NCBI GenBank assembly: GCA_965229705.1
Contig: OZ245922.1
Location: forward strand, 1-32,000
Source: Candidatus Saccharimonadota bacterium
GTDB lineage: Bacteria; Patescibacteriota; Gracilibacteria; BD1-5; UBA6164
Direction of reading: 5' to 3'
DNA: 32,000 nucleotides
This document shows, piece by piece, positions 30,423 through 32,000 of this stretch; position 1 is the first letter of the stretch, and each line of letters begins with the position of its first letter. Made by a program: the position numbers and the translations under genes. The notes beneath the pieces are model-generated. The model ran no database searches. It worked only from the letters and a program-made list of their open reading frames with translations, and was not told the origin of the DNA.

Positions 30423-30701
30423 TTACACAAAACTATTTATACTCCCGACTGTTACTCTATCAAATCAAATGTTAAAATCAAAGGATTTAGTAATAGAATA
30501 TTTTCAATCCTTAGCTACTTTCAAACTATTTATACTAAATGTATCTATCAAATTGACGATACTATCTTCGGTAAAAAAATAACTTGATTTTTGAGGCACA
30601 TATAATTCTCCTCAAACTAAATGTCTATCCTTAATATGTTGTAATCTTTCATCAGATATTTTTAAACCTGTTTTAGCCACTTTAAAAGCAACTGCCTTCA
30701 A
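30423..30701 (-). CDS. small hypothetical protein (H-x3-R-H motif); start uncertain (TTG 30701 or GTG 30710)
   Basis: The frame is open between frr and the next operon: ..KAVAFKVAKTGLKISDERLQHIKDRHLVGGELYVPQKSSYFFTEDSIVNLIDTFSINSLKVAKDGKYSITKSFDFNIGFDRVTVGSINSFV. Stop TAA 30423-30425. GGAGG lies 8 nt upstream of the TTG. There is no ATG. Confidence 0.35.
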
Positions 30702-30757
30702 CCTAGCCACCTCCGGTAGTAGGTAGTATAATCGGGATTCAAAGTGAGAATTGATCT

Positions 30758-31303
30758 TTATACTTTCATAACATCAGCTTCTTTTGCTTTTGTTTTTTCT
30801 TCTACTTTCTTGTTACTTTCATCAATGGCTTTTTGGAGATCAGCTTCATAAGATTTTGCTTCGTCTTCAGAGATTTCTTTCTCACTTTCAGCTCTTTTAA
30901 TCGCTTTATGATAGTCTCATCTCACATTTCTCACAGAGACCTTGGCTTCTTCCCCAAATTTTTTTACAACTTTCGCCATATCTCGTCGTCTTTCCTCAGT
31001 AAGTTCAGGAACTTTTATCAGGACACTATCAGCCATAGTTTGTGGATTGAGCCCTGTTCCAGCATCGGTGATAGCCTTTGCGATAGGATGAATCAGGGTC
31101 TTATCCCATGGAGCGATAGAGAGCGTTTGAGGATCAAGGATATTGATACTGGCAGAGTTTTTTAGTGGTTGCACGCTTCCATACTGTTCTACCTGAATAT
31201 CCTCTACCAGTGCTGGTGTTGCGCGTCACATTTGCAACTTTGAAAATTCACTTTCAAGGTGAGAGAGAGCTTTCTTGAGGTCTCCTTCGAGATTATCTAA
31301 CAT
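30758..31303 (-). CDS. frr: ribosome recycling factor
   Basis: Track ORF 30917..31174 extended in both directions through TGA=Gly. MLDNLEGDLKKALSHLESEFSKLQMGRATPALVEDIQVEQYGS..NILDPQTLSIAPWDK.., ..ERRRDMAKVVKK..AKVSVRNVRGDYHK... 546 nt. Stop TAA 30758-30760. Confidence 0.93.
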
Positions 31304-31387
31304 ATATATTGTTTTAAAAAATAAGTATTTTTTGAAGTATAGGGAGAATATTTTCTATTTCAAAATTAAATATTCCTGAAGAATATC

Positions 31388-31903
31388 TTATTTTTCTAAG
31401 AGAGATATCACTTCAGGGCGTAAATACTTTTCGATATTTTGTGTATCTCATTCCTCCAAGAGTTCTCGAACCTTTGTCCCTGATATGGGGAGATGACTAC
31501 GAGGAATTTCTACAATACTCAGTTCAAAAAAGAAGCTACTTTCAAACTCTTTGAGGACTTTTACCGCAGAATCGGTTGAGGTGTCTCCACAGTAGAGTGT
31601 GATATATTGTATGTTATCAGGGATATGTAAAAGAACTTCCTGAATCCAGTCGGTATCATCGGGAAAATCAGGAAGAGGAGATATAGATAGTTGTGTAAGA
31701 AACTTCTGAGAAATAAAAAAATCTTGTATCATTTCTTTTCTCTTCTCATAACTCCATGGATTTTCTATATTTTCTATATTGCTTGATCCGATAAGGATGA
31801 GTGTTACTGGATTTTCTTGTAGAGATTTTTGCACAAGGAGTTCGTGACCTATATGAAAAGGCTGAAATCGTCAGATGATAAGTCAGAGAGAGTTTTTGCG
31901 CAT
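31388..31903 (-). CDS. nicotinamide/nicotinate-mononucleotide adenylyltransferase (NadM/archaeal-type cytidylyltransferase fold)
   Basis: Track ORF 31448..31834 extended in both directions. MRKNSLGLIIGRFQPFHIGHELLV.., ..ILIGSSN..NPWSYEKRKEMI.., ..ISGTKVRELLEEGDTQNIEKYL... 516 nt. Stop TAA 31388-31390. Confidence 0.85.
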
Positions 31904-32000
31904 ATAGTTTTACTTGCTCTTGTTTTCAGAGAGATGGATAAGAGGACTAAAAGAAGAGAGGATATATCAGTTTATAAGCTGTTAAAATAGTCAGTAAGGT

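Noticed and set aside
1-32000. TGA read as tryptophan (table 4, mycoplasma-type) instead of glycine.
   Set aside because: The TGA columns I could place fall on invariant Gly (WCGPC, GGGKGG, GGSDEW, LGPGATN, GRFQPFH), never on conserved Trp. Trp is encoded by TGG in the same genes.
31904-32000. Possible gene end or start at the right edge of the window.
   Set aside because: All frames on both strands contain TAA/TAG within a few dozen codons. Nothing there can be supported.
1-32000. tRNA, rRNA, RNase P and tmRNA genes.
   Set aside because: I found no T-arm-like GTTCGAATC-type boxes with matching acceptor stems, and no rRNA-like conserved stretches, in the intergenic regions. This was a visual scan only, so a covariance-model scan would be more reliable.

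Overview
This AT-rich bacterial window is only coherent when TGA is translated as glycine (translation table 25, the Gracilibacteria/Absconditabacteria-type candidate phyla radiation). Conserved Gly positions are encoded by TGA: the thioredoxin active site W-C-G-P-C (TGA 18835-18837), the glutamate dehydrogenase motif GGGKGG (TGA TGA 12534-12539), and TyrRS. The supplied standard-code ORF track is therefore fragmented, and several of its long ORFs are antisense artefacts. I re-translated by hand on both strands, treating only TAA and TAG as stops, and found about 32 protein genes. Housekeeping genes are proS (5' partial), purC, tyrS, rnr, gdh, rplA, yidD, ruvA, rpmG, frr and an NMN adenylyltransferase. 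There is also an OmpR-type two-component pair and an acetolactate-synthase-like TPP enzyme. Extracytoplasmic redox genes are unusually concentrated. One cluster holds a Trx-like lipoprotein, an FMN-bind-like lipoprotein, ApbE, a His-less MsrQ-like 6-TM protein and TrxA. A second is an operon encoding a single 760-aa CcdA + TlpA-thioredoxin + DUF3179 fusion, followed 9 nt later by a membrane-anchored MsrAB. Other notable items:
- An 884-aa protein combining a GspE/PilB N2-like cytoplasmic domain, three TM helices and about four PKD repeats.
- A frameshifted IS256-family element.
- At least nine copies of a MITE-like inverted-repeat family sitting at gene 3' ends, three of which contain the host gene's TAA stop codon.
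- A tandem hairpin-repeat array.
- A promoter/terminator-bounded candidate small RNA.
I recognised no rRNA, tRNA or CRISPR array. All coordinates come from manual reading. Domain calls rest on recalled family motifs, not on database searches.
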